From an uncultured Muriicola sp. (GTDB taxonomy: Bacteria > Bacteroidota > Bacteroidia > Flavobacteriales > Flavobacteriaceae): a stretch of 64,000 bases of DNA. A program made the position numbers and the translations under genes. Location of the stretch: contig CAMYNV010000008.1 in the NCBI GenBank assembly GCA_947259855.1, positions 63,688-127,687 of the forward strand. Direction: 5' to 3'. Below, piece by piece: positions 46,731 to 54,804 of this stretch; positions within the stretch are counted from its first letter, which is position 1, and each line of letters opens with the position of its first letter. Under the pieces are notes generated by a model. The model searched no databases and was not told the origin of the DNA. It worked only from the letters and a program-made list of their open reading frames with translations.

Positions 46731-46874
46731 CTAGTTTAAGTTACTTTCAATGGTCATCCCCTTTATTTTTTGTATGTGGAGTGCTTTGGAGTAATTCAGT
46801 ATAAATTGAACCGTCTGTGGTTTAGCCTTTATAAGCTTACATTGCTTTTGATACTTCGGGTAAATCTGTTCCAT
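46731..46874 (-). CDS. Unannotated 47-aa protein downstream of sigma factor copy 2
   Basis: ATG...TAG, MEQIYPKYQKQCKLIKAKPQTVQFILNYSKALHIQKIKGMTIESNLN. Starts 68 nt after the sigma stop. 22/47 identical to the 45593..45736 peptide. Confidence 0.55.
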   Translation of the reverse strand: MEQIYPKYQKQCKLIKAKPQTVQFILNYSKALHIQKIKGMTIESNLN

Positions 46875-46942
46875 AATATTCTAGTTATTTCTAAATAACG
46901 CCAGAATTAAAGGAACCACAGTATTACTCGACCTAAAACCGA

Positions 46943-47524
46943 TTAATTCGTTAAAACAATATTATTCTTTTCAATTATCTTTCTGAGGTTAATAAGCGCA
47001 TAGCGCATTCTTCCCAGTGCCGTATTAATGCTTACTTCAGTGTTTTCAGCAATTTCATTAAAGCTCATATCCTGATAGATCCTCATTTTTAATACTTCTT
47101 TTTGGTCTTTAGGAAGCTTTTCTATCAATATTTCCAGGTCATTATCTATTTGTTCTTTTATTAATTGCTTTTCAACATTGAGTTTGTCATCTGTCAGAAC
47201 AGAAAAAATATTGAATTCCTTATTGCCTTCGTACTTGGGCATTCGTTTATTTTTGCGGAAGTGATCTATTATAAGGTTATGTGCAATACGCATTACCCAG
47301 GGTAAGAACTTCCCTTCTTCATTATAGGAGCCTCTTTTTAAAGTCCTGATAACCTTAATAAAGGTATCCTGGAAAATATCTTCCGTTATTGCGCTGTCTA
47401 ATACCTTGGAATAGATATAACTGCTAAGACGTTGATTGTGTTTGTTGATAAGGATTTCAATGGCTCGTTCATCGCCATTTATATAATTACTTACGAGGAT
47501 AGCGTCGTCAATCTGTGTTTGCAT
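46943..47524 (-). CDS. ECF-type sigma-70 family RNA polymerase sigma factor, copy 2
   Basis: ATG at 47524 (MQTQIDDAILV...) aligns with the copy 1 start (MKLQKDDSLLV...). The track start at 47545 is TTG. About 80% identical to copy 1. Confidence 0.85.
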   Translation of the reverse strand: MQTQIDDAILVSNYINGDERAIEILINKHNQRLSSYIYSKVLDSAITEDIFQDTFIKVIRTLKRGSYNEEGKFLPWVMRIAHNLIIDHFRKNKRMPKYEGNKEFNIFSVLTDDKLNVEKQLIKEQIDNDLEILIEKLPKDQKEVLKMRIYQDMSFNEIAENTEVSINTALGRMRYALINLRKIIEKNNIVLTN

Positions 47525-47768
47525 ACAATTACTTTTTTGGTTCAATTTAGGGGTCGCTCTGTACCGAGAGACATCAACTAATATGGTTCGTATTCAAAAA
47601 AGTAATTTTCGCTTTATAGGCTGTTTTGTTTAAGATTAACAATTCAAAGATAGAAAAAATATCAACTTTTAATAGACTCATCCCCTATTTAACATAGTTG
47701 AGTGTAGAAATACTTTGAGCTGGTTATTGATTTATACATATTGTATCTTTGCAAACTTACGTAGACCC

Positions 47769-50552
47769 ATGACTGTAATAACGGAGGTAGATCCAAAGCA
47801 TAACATTATTATTAAGGGGGCCAAACTGCACAATTTGAAAAATATTGATGTAGTGATCCCCCGTAACAAATTGGTGGTAATAACAGGACTTTCGGGTTCC
47901 GGTAAATCGAGCCTGGCATTCGATACGTTATATGCCGAAGGTCAGCGGCGTTATGTAGAGAGCCTATCTTCCTATGCAAGACAGTTCTTGGGTAAGCTGG
48001 ACAAACCCAAGGTAGACTCCATTAAGGGTATTGCCCCAGCCATTGCTATTGAACAAAAGGTAAATTCAACAAATCCAAGGTCTACGGTTGGTACAAGCAC
48101 AGAAATTTATGATTACCTAAAATTACTATATGCACGAATCGGTGCAACCTATTCTCCTATTTCTGGCAAAAAGGTAAGAAAGCATACCGTTACAGATGTA
48201 GTAAATTTTATAAGGACTTTTGATGAAAACACCAAGTTACTCCTTTTGGCTCCAATTAGTATTCCAGAAGATAGAGATATAAAAAAGACGCTACAGCTCC
48301 TTGCCAAGCAGGGATATGCCAGAATAAAGCATGAAGGAGAAGTAGCTCGCATCGATGAAGACCTTCACGAGAAGATCAGCAGAACGTTTTACCTGGTCAT
48401 AGATCGTATTATAATAAAAGAGGATGAAGATTTTTATAATCGCCTGGCGAATGCGGTAGATACCGCGTTTTTTGAAGGAAAGGGAGAATGCATCATAGAA
48501 GAATTAAATAAACAGAAAGAGATAAGGTTCAGCAATAAGTTTGAGTTGGATGGCATCTCTTTTTTAGAACCCAATGTCCATTTATTTAGTTTTAATAATC
48601 CTTATGGGGCCTGTCCTAAATGTGAGGGATATGGCGATGTAATTGGTATAGACGAGGATCTGGTGATCCCAAATACAACCCTCTCCATTTTTGAAAATGC
48701 TGTATTTCCATGGCGCGGAGAGAGCATGAGCTGGTACCGGGATCAGCTAGTAAATTCTGCATATAAATATAATTTTCCCATCCATAAGCCGTGGTTTCAA
48801 CTTACAGAGGAACAAAAAAGCCTGGTGTGGCAAGGAAACAAACATTTCACTGGGATCGATGCATTCTTTAAACAACTAGAAGATAAAAGCTATAAAATTC
48901 AAAACCGGGTAATGCTTTCCCGATACCGTGGAAAAACCCGATGTAATCTGTGTAAAGGGAAGCGTTTACGAAAGGAGGTTGATTATATAAAAATCAATGG
49001 AAAATCTATTTCCGATCTTGTAGAGTTACCCATTGAGCATTTAGTTGCTTTTTTTGAAGATCTTGGACTCAATGCGCACGACCTTAAGATTGCGAAACGG
49101 CTTTTAAAGGAGATCAATATGCGACTGGGTTTCCTGGATAAGGTTGGTTTGAGTTATTTAACCCTCAACCGAAAATCGAACACACTTTCGGGGGGTGAAA
49201 GTCAGCGTATTAATCTGGCAACCTCTCTTGGAAGTAGTTTGGTGGGCTCCATGTACATTCTCGATGAGCCCAGCATAGGATTGCACCCGAAAGACACCGA
49301 AAATCTGATCGATGTTCTTAGATCATTACGAGACCTGGGGAACACTGTTATTGTGGTTGAACATGATGAAGATATCATGAGGGCTGCGGATGTGATCATA
49401 GACATAGGCCCTGAAGCCGGCACCTTTGGGGGTGAAGTGGTTGCCTATGGTTCCTTTAACGAAATACTTCTGGCAAACTCCTTAACGTCCGAATACCTTA
49501 GTGGTAAAAAGGAAATAAGCATTCCTGCACAACGTAGAAGTTCCTCGAATTACATAAAAATCAGTGGCGCACGGGAACATAACTTAAAAAACATCGATGT
49601 AACCATTCCCCTCAATATGTTAACCATTATTACAGGAGTATCGGGAAGTGGGAAAAGCACCCTTATAAAAAGAATAGTGTATCCGGCATTGCTGAAAGAA
49701 CTAGGAGGTTACGGAGCAAAAGCAGGACAATTTTCAAAAATAGAAGGGAAATACCAGGTATTAAAAAATATTGAATTTGTAGACCAGAACCCCATTGGCA
49801 GGTCTTCCAGATCCAATCCCGTAACGTACATTAAAGCGTACGATGATATCCGCGCCTTATTCGCCTCACAAAAATTAAGCAAGTTACGTGGCTACCAGGC
49901 CAAACACTTTTCATTCAATGTCGATGGTGGTCGTTGCGAAAAATGCAAAGGAGAAGGCGAAATTACGGTAGAAATGCAGTTCATGGCCGACGTTCACCTT
50001 GAATGTGATGTTTGCGATGGCAAGCGATTTAAGAAGGAAGTACTCGAGGTAACCTTTGAAGGGGCCAACATTGATGCTATCCTAAATATGACTATAGATA
50101 ATGCCCTGGATTTCTTTATGGCTCATAAACAGGCCAAAATTGTGAATAAATTAAAACCCCTGCAAGATGTAGGCCTGGGTTATGTTACATTGGGACAATC
50201 TTCCTCCACACTTTCCGGCGGAGAAGCACAACGCATAAAGCTTGCCACTTTTCTTGTAAAGGGGCACTCAAAAGAAAAATCCCTTTTTATTTTTGATGAG
50301 CCCACTACAGGACTTCATTTTCATGATATCAAAAAGTTACTTAAATCCTTCGATGCCCTTATTTCCAATGGTCATTCTGTTCTTGTAATTGAACATAACA
50401 TCGAGATGATTAAATGTGCCGATTACATTATCGATTTAGGCCCTGAAGGAGGGGAAAAAGGTGGTAATCTTCTCACCGAAGGTACCCCGGAAGAAGTTGT
50501 TGCCTCAGGAATAGGATTTACTGTTAAATACCTCAAAGAAAAATTAAAATAA
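47769..50552 (+). CDS. uvrA: Excinuclease ABC subunit A
   Basis: Two ABC modules (GLSGSGKSS, GVSGSGKST, two LSGGE signatures) and zinc fingers CPKCEGYG and CEKCKGEG. ATG at 47769 preferred over the TTG at 47715. Confidence 0.95.
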   Translation: MTVITEVDPKHNIIIKGAKLHNLKNIDVVIPRNKLVVITGLSGSGKSSLAFDTLYAEGQRRYVESLSSYARQFLGKLDKPKVDSIKGIAPAIAIEQKVNSTNPRSTVGTSTEIYDYLKLLYARIGATYSPISGKKVRKHTVTDVVNFIRTFDENTKLLLLAPISIPEDRDIKKTLQLLAKQGYARIKHEGEVARIDEDLHEKISRTFYLVIDRIIIKEDEDFYNRLANAVDTAFFEGKGECIIEELNKQKEIRFSNKFELDGISFLEPNVHLFSFNNPYGACPKCEGYGDVIGIDEDLVIPNTTLSIFENAVFPWRGESMSWYRDQLVNSAYKYNFPIHKPWFQLTEEQKSLVWQGNKHFTGIDAFFKQLEDKSYKIQNRVMLSRYRGKTRCNLCKGKRLRKEVDYIKINGKSISDLVELPIEHLVAFFEDLGLNAHDLKIAKRLLKEINMRLGFLDKVGLSYLTLNRKSNTLSGGESQRINLATSLGSSLVGSMYILDEPSIGLHPKDTENLIDVLRSLRDLGNTVIVVEHDEDIMRAADVIIDIGPEAGTFGGEVVAYGSFNEILLANSLTSEYLSGKKEISIPAQRRSSSNYIKISGAREHNLKNIDVTIPLNMLTIITGVSGSGKSTLIKRIVYPALLKELGGYGAKAGQFSKIEGKYQVLKNIEFVDQNPIGRSSRSNPVTYIKAYDDIRALFASQKLSKLRGYQAKHFSFNVDGGRCEKCKGEGEITVEMQFMADVHLECDVCDGKRFKKEVLEVTFEGANIDAILNMTIDNALDFFMAHKQAKIVNKLKPLQDVGLGYVTLGQSSSTLSGGEAQRIKLATFLVKGHSKEKSLFIFDEPTTGLHFHDIKKLLKSFDALISNGHSVLVIEHNIEMIKCADYIIDLGPEGGEKGGNLLTEGTPEEVVASGIGFTVKYLKEKLK

Positions 50553-50723
50553 CTTCCAGTACTCGGTTTGCAAATTCGCAGGCAAACAAGTTGCCTGCAA
50601 CAAATATTTAATTTAATTAACTGCTTATCAATATATTACGTTGATAAAATAATTTATGGCACGCTGTTTGGTATATACCTGTCGAGTGTAAATAGTTGCA
50701 TTCGGAAATTTAAACCTTATGTC

Positions 50724-51947
50724 ATGAAAAAGTTAGTATTCATTTTAGGAGCCTTCGTACTGGGTACTTCAGTACAAGCTGCCATATTAGATGATAAGGT
50801 TGCAATACGCAATGCTTATAACTACAACAACTCAACCATTTTTGTTGAAAATGGAATTACATTTTCGGTATACCCGGATGGAGAATTCGATTTCTATATT
50901 GATAATCGTATCAACGTAGGAGCGAATGTGAATATTGGTCGTGCAAATCTGACCTTCAATTCAGGATTCGATTATAGTGCCTATGTACAATACGACGATT
51001 ACGGAGCAGTGATCCAGGTAGAAAATGTACCTATCTATTATGACTATTACGGTCGTGTTACTCAGATCGGTAGTATAGATATCCGTTATAATAATGGAAG
51101 GGTACGACGTGTAGGCGGATTGTATGTCTATTACAACAACCGTGGTTATTTTAGCCACTATACAGGTTATGTTAACTACTATAACAGGAATTATGTGTAC
51201 AGACCGTTCTATAACTATTTCGCCAGACCGGCTTTAGGATTCTGTCTTGTATATAACAGGCCTTACAGAAGGTATTATTCACCGGTTAGGTACTCCTATT
51301 ATGGGCCTTATAGAAATAATTATAGAAGGACCTATGCAAAAGTTGGTCGTCCCTATAAATATAACAAAAGGAATAACAGAACATCGGTTTACAGAAATGA
51401 TAGACGTGTGGTAGCCCGTGAAAATGGAAGCAGGAGAAATGCAGGAATAGTGAGGAACGGCGATACCTATAGAAATAGTAAAACGGTACGTAGTAGTAGT
51501 CGTGATAATGTAGGAAGAACAGTTACCCGCAACGCTGGATTGCGATCTAATACAAGTTCTATGAAATCCAGGAAGAATTCTGATATGAATCGTGGTTCGC
51601 AAACGACAAGAAGTACCACAAGGAAATCGAATACAGCTATTTCACGAAATGGTAATACCAAAACGGTTAATAGGCGAACTGCGGTAACTACACCCAGAAG
51701 TAAGAGTGTAAGCAGAAGTAGCGCCACGACCTATAAGCGTCCGGATACTAGAAAAAAAACGAGCGATATGCAACGCAGCGTGCGCAGTACAAGAAGTAGT
51801 GCTACAGCGTATAAGCGACCGGACAATAGAAAGCAAATCAGTACATCACGTGCTAATGTGAGTTCTAAAAGAAGTGCCAGTAAAGCGCCGGCGCGAACCA
51901 AGAGCAGAACAAGTACTACCCGCAGTAGATCTGCCAGAGTACATTAA
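50724..51947 (+). CDS. Secreted protein: Tyr/Asn-rich repeat domain plus long Arg/Ser/Thr-rich polycationic tail
   Basis: Signal peptide MKKLVFILGAFVLGTSVQA from the ATG at 50724. The track ORF starts upstream at 50568 with non-protein-like sequence. 407 aa. Confidence 0.65.
   Translation: MKKLVFILGAFVLGTSVQAAILDDKVAIRNAYNYNNSTIFVENGITFSVYPDGEFDFYIDNRINVGANVNIGRANLTFNSGFDYSAYVQYDDYGAVIQVENVPIYYDYYGRVTQIGSIDIRYNNGRVRRVGGLYVYYNNRGYFSHYTGYVNYYNRNYVYRPFYNYFARPALGFCLVYNRPYRRYYSPVRYSYYGPYRNNYRRTYAKVGRPYKYNKRNNRTSVYRNDRRVVARENGSRRNAGIVRNGDTYRNSKTVRSSSRDNVGRTVTRNAGLRSNTSSMKSRKNSDMNRGSQTTRSTTRKSNTAISRNGNTKTVNRRTAVTTPRSKSVSRSSATTYKRPDTRKKTSDMQRSVRSTRSSATAYKRPDNRKQISTSRANVSSKRSASKAPARTKSRTSTTRSRSARVH
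51714..51869 (+). repeat. Two tandem 78-nt (26-codon) repeats inside the polycationic tail
   Basis: RSSATTYKRPDTRKK... at 51714 and RSSATAYKRPDNRKQ... at 51792; period 78 nt. Confidence 0.6.
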
Positions 51948-51978
51948 AATATAGTTTTTAGGTTGGTTAGTTGGTTAG

Positions 51979-52010
51979 CCCCGTAGTGGATTCGTCCCTT
52001 CGGGGTTTTT
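51979..52010. terminator. Probable terminator between convergent genes
   Basis: CCCCG...(CCC-ttc-GGG)...CGGGG followed by TTTTT. Stem is short. Confidence 0.4.
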
Positions 52011-52075
52011 CCATTTTACCTGGTATTCAGGAACAATAGGGCCAAGTGATTCCTTCAAGCGGTATAGGGAAATCC

Positions 52076-53533
52076 CTATTTAGGGCCCAAAAATTTAGAT
52101 AATATTCCAAACACATCCTCTGAAATTTTAAAGCGATACAATATCCCAATATAGATTATACAGATCAAAATACTTTTTAAAACAATATTTAGAATAGGAT
52201 GAAATGGAAACTGAATAAAATAAAATAAAGCGCTAATCAAAATAAGTAATCCCAGCACTTTTAGAGAATCAGCACTGAAGGGCTGCAGATCGAATTTTTG
52301 TTTTACATAGATCAATTTTAAGATGTTGTAAATAAAAATCGCCAAAAAAGTAGCCAAAGCGGCTCCTAAGATCCCAATCCTTGGAATCAGAGCCCAGTTA
52401 AACAAAATGGTACACGCTGCCAGAAATACGCCCAGGATCAGAATGGCCTTATAATGATCGGAATTGTACAATATGGCATTGTTATTCCCCAACAGGGCAT
52501 CGAATAGTTTCGTCAACCCAATTAAGAATACAATGCTAAAGCCCCCGCGATACGTTTCCGGTAATAATAAATATAAATCATTCAGGTTCAATACAATTAA
52601 TACAAATAGCAGCCCTGAAACAATAAACAGGGTTAATGAGCTTTTTTGATATAGAACGGCCAAACCTTTTGTATCTCCCTTGTTTAATAGGGCAGCCGTC
52701 ATCGGATAGGTTATTTGATGCATGGCCCTGGAAGGAACGGAAATAACGGTAGCTATGAATACTGCGACCGTATAATAGGCCACTTTCTCAATTTCGATGA
52801 ATTGATTGATCATAAAACGGTCTATTTCCAATAGGATAACCGCCGAAGAACCACCTAAAATTATGAGGAAACTATAGGTTAGAATACTTCGCGTGTTTTT
52901 TGGAATCGTAAAGTTTAGGGAAGGCCATTTTAATGCATAGGCATATAGTTTCATTATTACGGTCCTAAGTAAGTAGAGGCCAACCAGGGATTGCAAAAAG
53001 GTATCTACAGAAATCACTTGAAAATAAACCAGGAATAATAAAATACTCACTCCTACCCTCACAAAGATCTCTTTCATGAAATTTCCAAAAACAGACTTCA
53101 AATGAATCCGCGACCAGGAATAAAAAACCTCAAAATAGGCCATGGCCAAACCAATTAAGAAAATATGCCATACATAGTCTTTGACAATAATATTTCGTTG
53201 TCCCAGGAAATTTCCAATGAATTCGTTCGCAACAAAGCTTATCCCTGCAATGGGAATTATAAATACCAGGGGCAGTACCAGCATAATGAACAGAAACCCA
53301 TTTTGAGATCTGTTGTCCGAAAATCCACTATAAAACTTAATGAGCGTATTAGGGACCCCAAACGCCAGCAAGGGCATTAGGATGGCCGAAGTGGCCAGGA
53401 TAACACTGACAAGGCCGTAATAGGTATCTGTGAGGAAACGGGCGTATAAGAACAGGGTGTTCATGGCGCCAATGGCAAATCCTATATAGGTTATAACCAG
53501 ATTATTGAAAGATTGCTTAAATACAATACCCAT
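52076..53533 (-). CDS. MOP-superfamily polysaccharide/oligosaccharide flippase (Wzx-like)
   Basis: 485 aa, about 12-14 hydrophobic helices, typical polysaccharide-biosynthesis-protein layout. Start overlaps the GT stop (TAATG). Confidence 0.75.
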   Translation of the reverse strand: MGIVFKQSFNNLVITYIGFAIGAMNTLFLYARFLTDTYYGLVSVILATSAILMPLLAFGVPNTLIKFYSGFSDNRSQNGFLFIMLVLPLVFIIPIAGISFVANEFIGNFLGQRNIIVKDYVWHIFLIGLAMAYFEVFYSWSRIHLKSVFGNFMKEIFVRVGVSILLFLVYFQVISVDTFLQSLVGLYLLRTVIMKLYAYALKWPSLNFTIPKNTRSILTYSFLIILGGSSAVILLEIDRFMINQFIEIEKVAYYTVAVFIATVISVPSRAMHQITYPMTAALLNKGDTKGLAVLYQKSSLTLFIVSGLLFVLIVLNLNDLYLLLPETYRGGFSIVFLIGLTKLFDALLGNNNAILYNSDHYKAILILGVFLAACTILFNWALIPRIGILGAALATFLAIFIYNILKLIYVKQKFDLQPFSADSLKVLGLLILISALFYFIQFPFHPILNIVLKSILICIIYIGILYRFKISEDVFGILSKFLGPK

Positions 53534-54804
53534 TATAATTGTTCCGCTAGTTGCTTTGTAAGTTCCCTCCTACTGTATTTGGATATATCTGTTGAGGCCT
53601 GGTACAACTGCTTGTTTTTATATTTTTCAAAATAGGACAAAAGCGTTTTCTTCAGATGTTCACTTTGTTCATAGTCAAATACAACGCCTGTGCGGGTTTC
53701 CGTTATGATACGCTTTACTTCCCAATTCTCAGGACCAAGAGCAAGAATGGGTCGTTTGGCAGCCATATATTCGAACAATTTGCCCGGGATGATCCCTTTT
53801 GTTTCTTCAGAATTGACTTCTACCAGCAACAATATTTGCGATTTTTGCTGATATTTAAGGGCTTCGGAATGCGAAAGATACCCCAGTACATGAACATGGT
53901 CCTCAAGACCATGATTTTGGATGCTTTTCATAACTTCCTGGCTAACCACTCCAACCAATTGTAATCTCAGCCGTTCCCTAAAGTTAGGATTTTCTTTTAC
54001 GATCCCCGACAAGACCTTCCAAAGAATTTCCGGATTTCGTTCAGAGAGCAGAGAGCCGATATGAGATATAGTAAAATCATGGTCTGTAACTGTATCTCCC
54101 TGATATTTGGTATCATATCCGTTGGTAATTACCAAAATGGGTTTTTGTGTTATTTGGGCAAATTCATTTTTGGTGGTGTTACTTGTCACCACGATCTTAT
54201 CGGCCGAAGTTAGTACCAGCTGTTCCAAGGTCTTGTGTTTTTCCTGAGAACGTTTAGTGAGGCGCAATTCTTTGTGATAGCCAATTGAGGTCCAGGGATC
54301 CCGAAAGTCGGCTATCCATGAAATATTAAGATGCTGTTTTAGAATAAGACCAATTAAGTGCATGCTGTGAGGGGGGCCAGTAGTAATAACCGTATCTATT
54401 TTCTCTTGCCGAATTATCTCGGTTAAAAAGTCGACCGAGGGTTTTACCCAATATTTACGGGCATCCGGAATAAACAGATTCCCTCTGATCCATAACAATA
54501 TTTTTTCTAATACCGATTGTTTCTTGGTTCGAATGATCCCTGAGCTTATCCGTTTCGTTTTGGATCCAGATAAAACAGCTGCGAATTTATAGGGCTCAGC
54601 TATGGGCTTCCTGTAGATCTTGATACCCTTGGGAACTTCTTTTAAAAGAGACTCATCAGTAATTGGGTAGTGCGGATTTTCGGGAATATAAAGTATTGGT
54701 TCTACATTAAAATCAGGTAAATACGTTGCAAATTTTAACCATCGCTGAACTCCGGGCCCTCCTGCCGGAGGCCAGTAATAGGTAACGATGAGCACCTTTT
54801 TCAT
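53533..54804 (-). CDS. GT-B fold glycosyltransferase (family 4-like)
   Basis: MKKVLIVTYYWPPAGGPGVQR N-terminus and C-terminal E-x7-E-like GKLFEYMAAKRPILA. ATG at 54804 overlaps the YfhO stop (ATGA). Confidence 0.8.
   Translation of the reverse strand: MKKVLIVTYYWPPAGGPGVQRWLKFATYLPDFNVEPILYIPENPHYPITDESLLKEVPKGIKIYRKPIAEPYKFAAVLSGSKTKRISSGIIRTKKQSVLEKILLWIRGNLFIPDARKYWVKPSVDFLTEIIRQEKIDTVITTGPPHSMHLIGLILKQHLNISWIADFRDPWTSIGYHKELRLTKRSQEKHKTLEQLVLTSADKIVVTSNTTKNEFAQITQKPILVITNGYDTKYQGDTVTDHDFTISHIGSLLSERNPEILWKVLSGIVKENPNFRERLRLQLVGVVSQEVMKSIQNHGLEDHVHVLGYLSHSEALKYQQKSQILLLVEVNSEETKGIIPGKLFEYMAAKRPILALGPENWEVKRIITETRTGVVFDYEQSEHLKKTLLSYFEKYKNKQLYQASTDISKYSRRELTKQLAEQL

Noticed and set aside
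50568-50723. N-terminal extension of the polycationic protein ORF (track start at 50568).
   Set aside because: The extension (MQIRRQTSCLQQIFNLINCLSIYYVDKII...) precedes a perfect signal peptide beginning at the ATG at 50724 and starts at a non-ATG codon. The real start is most likely 50724.
51279-51836. Minus-strand ORFs (51279..51602, 51467..51727, 51642..51836) and 50961..51158 inside the polycationic-tail gene.
   Set aside because: They are mirror frames of an AGA/AGT/ACN-rich repeat region. The sense frame has a signal peptide, a defined stop and a downstream hairpin.
51961-51978. Short direct repeat GGTTGGTTAG-TTGGTTAG after the polycationic protein gene.
   Set aside because: There are only two short copies directly before the terminator hairpin. 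That is too small to call a repeat element or binding-site array.
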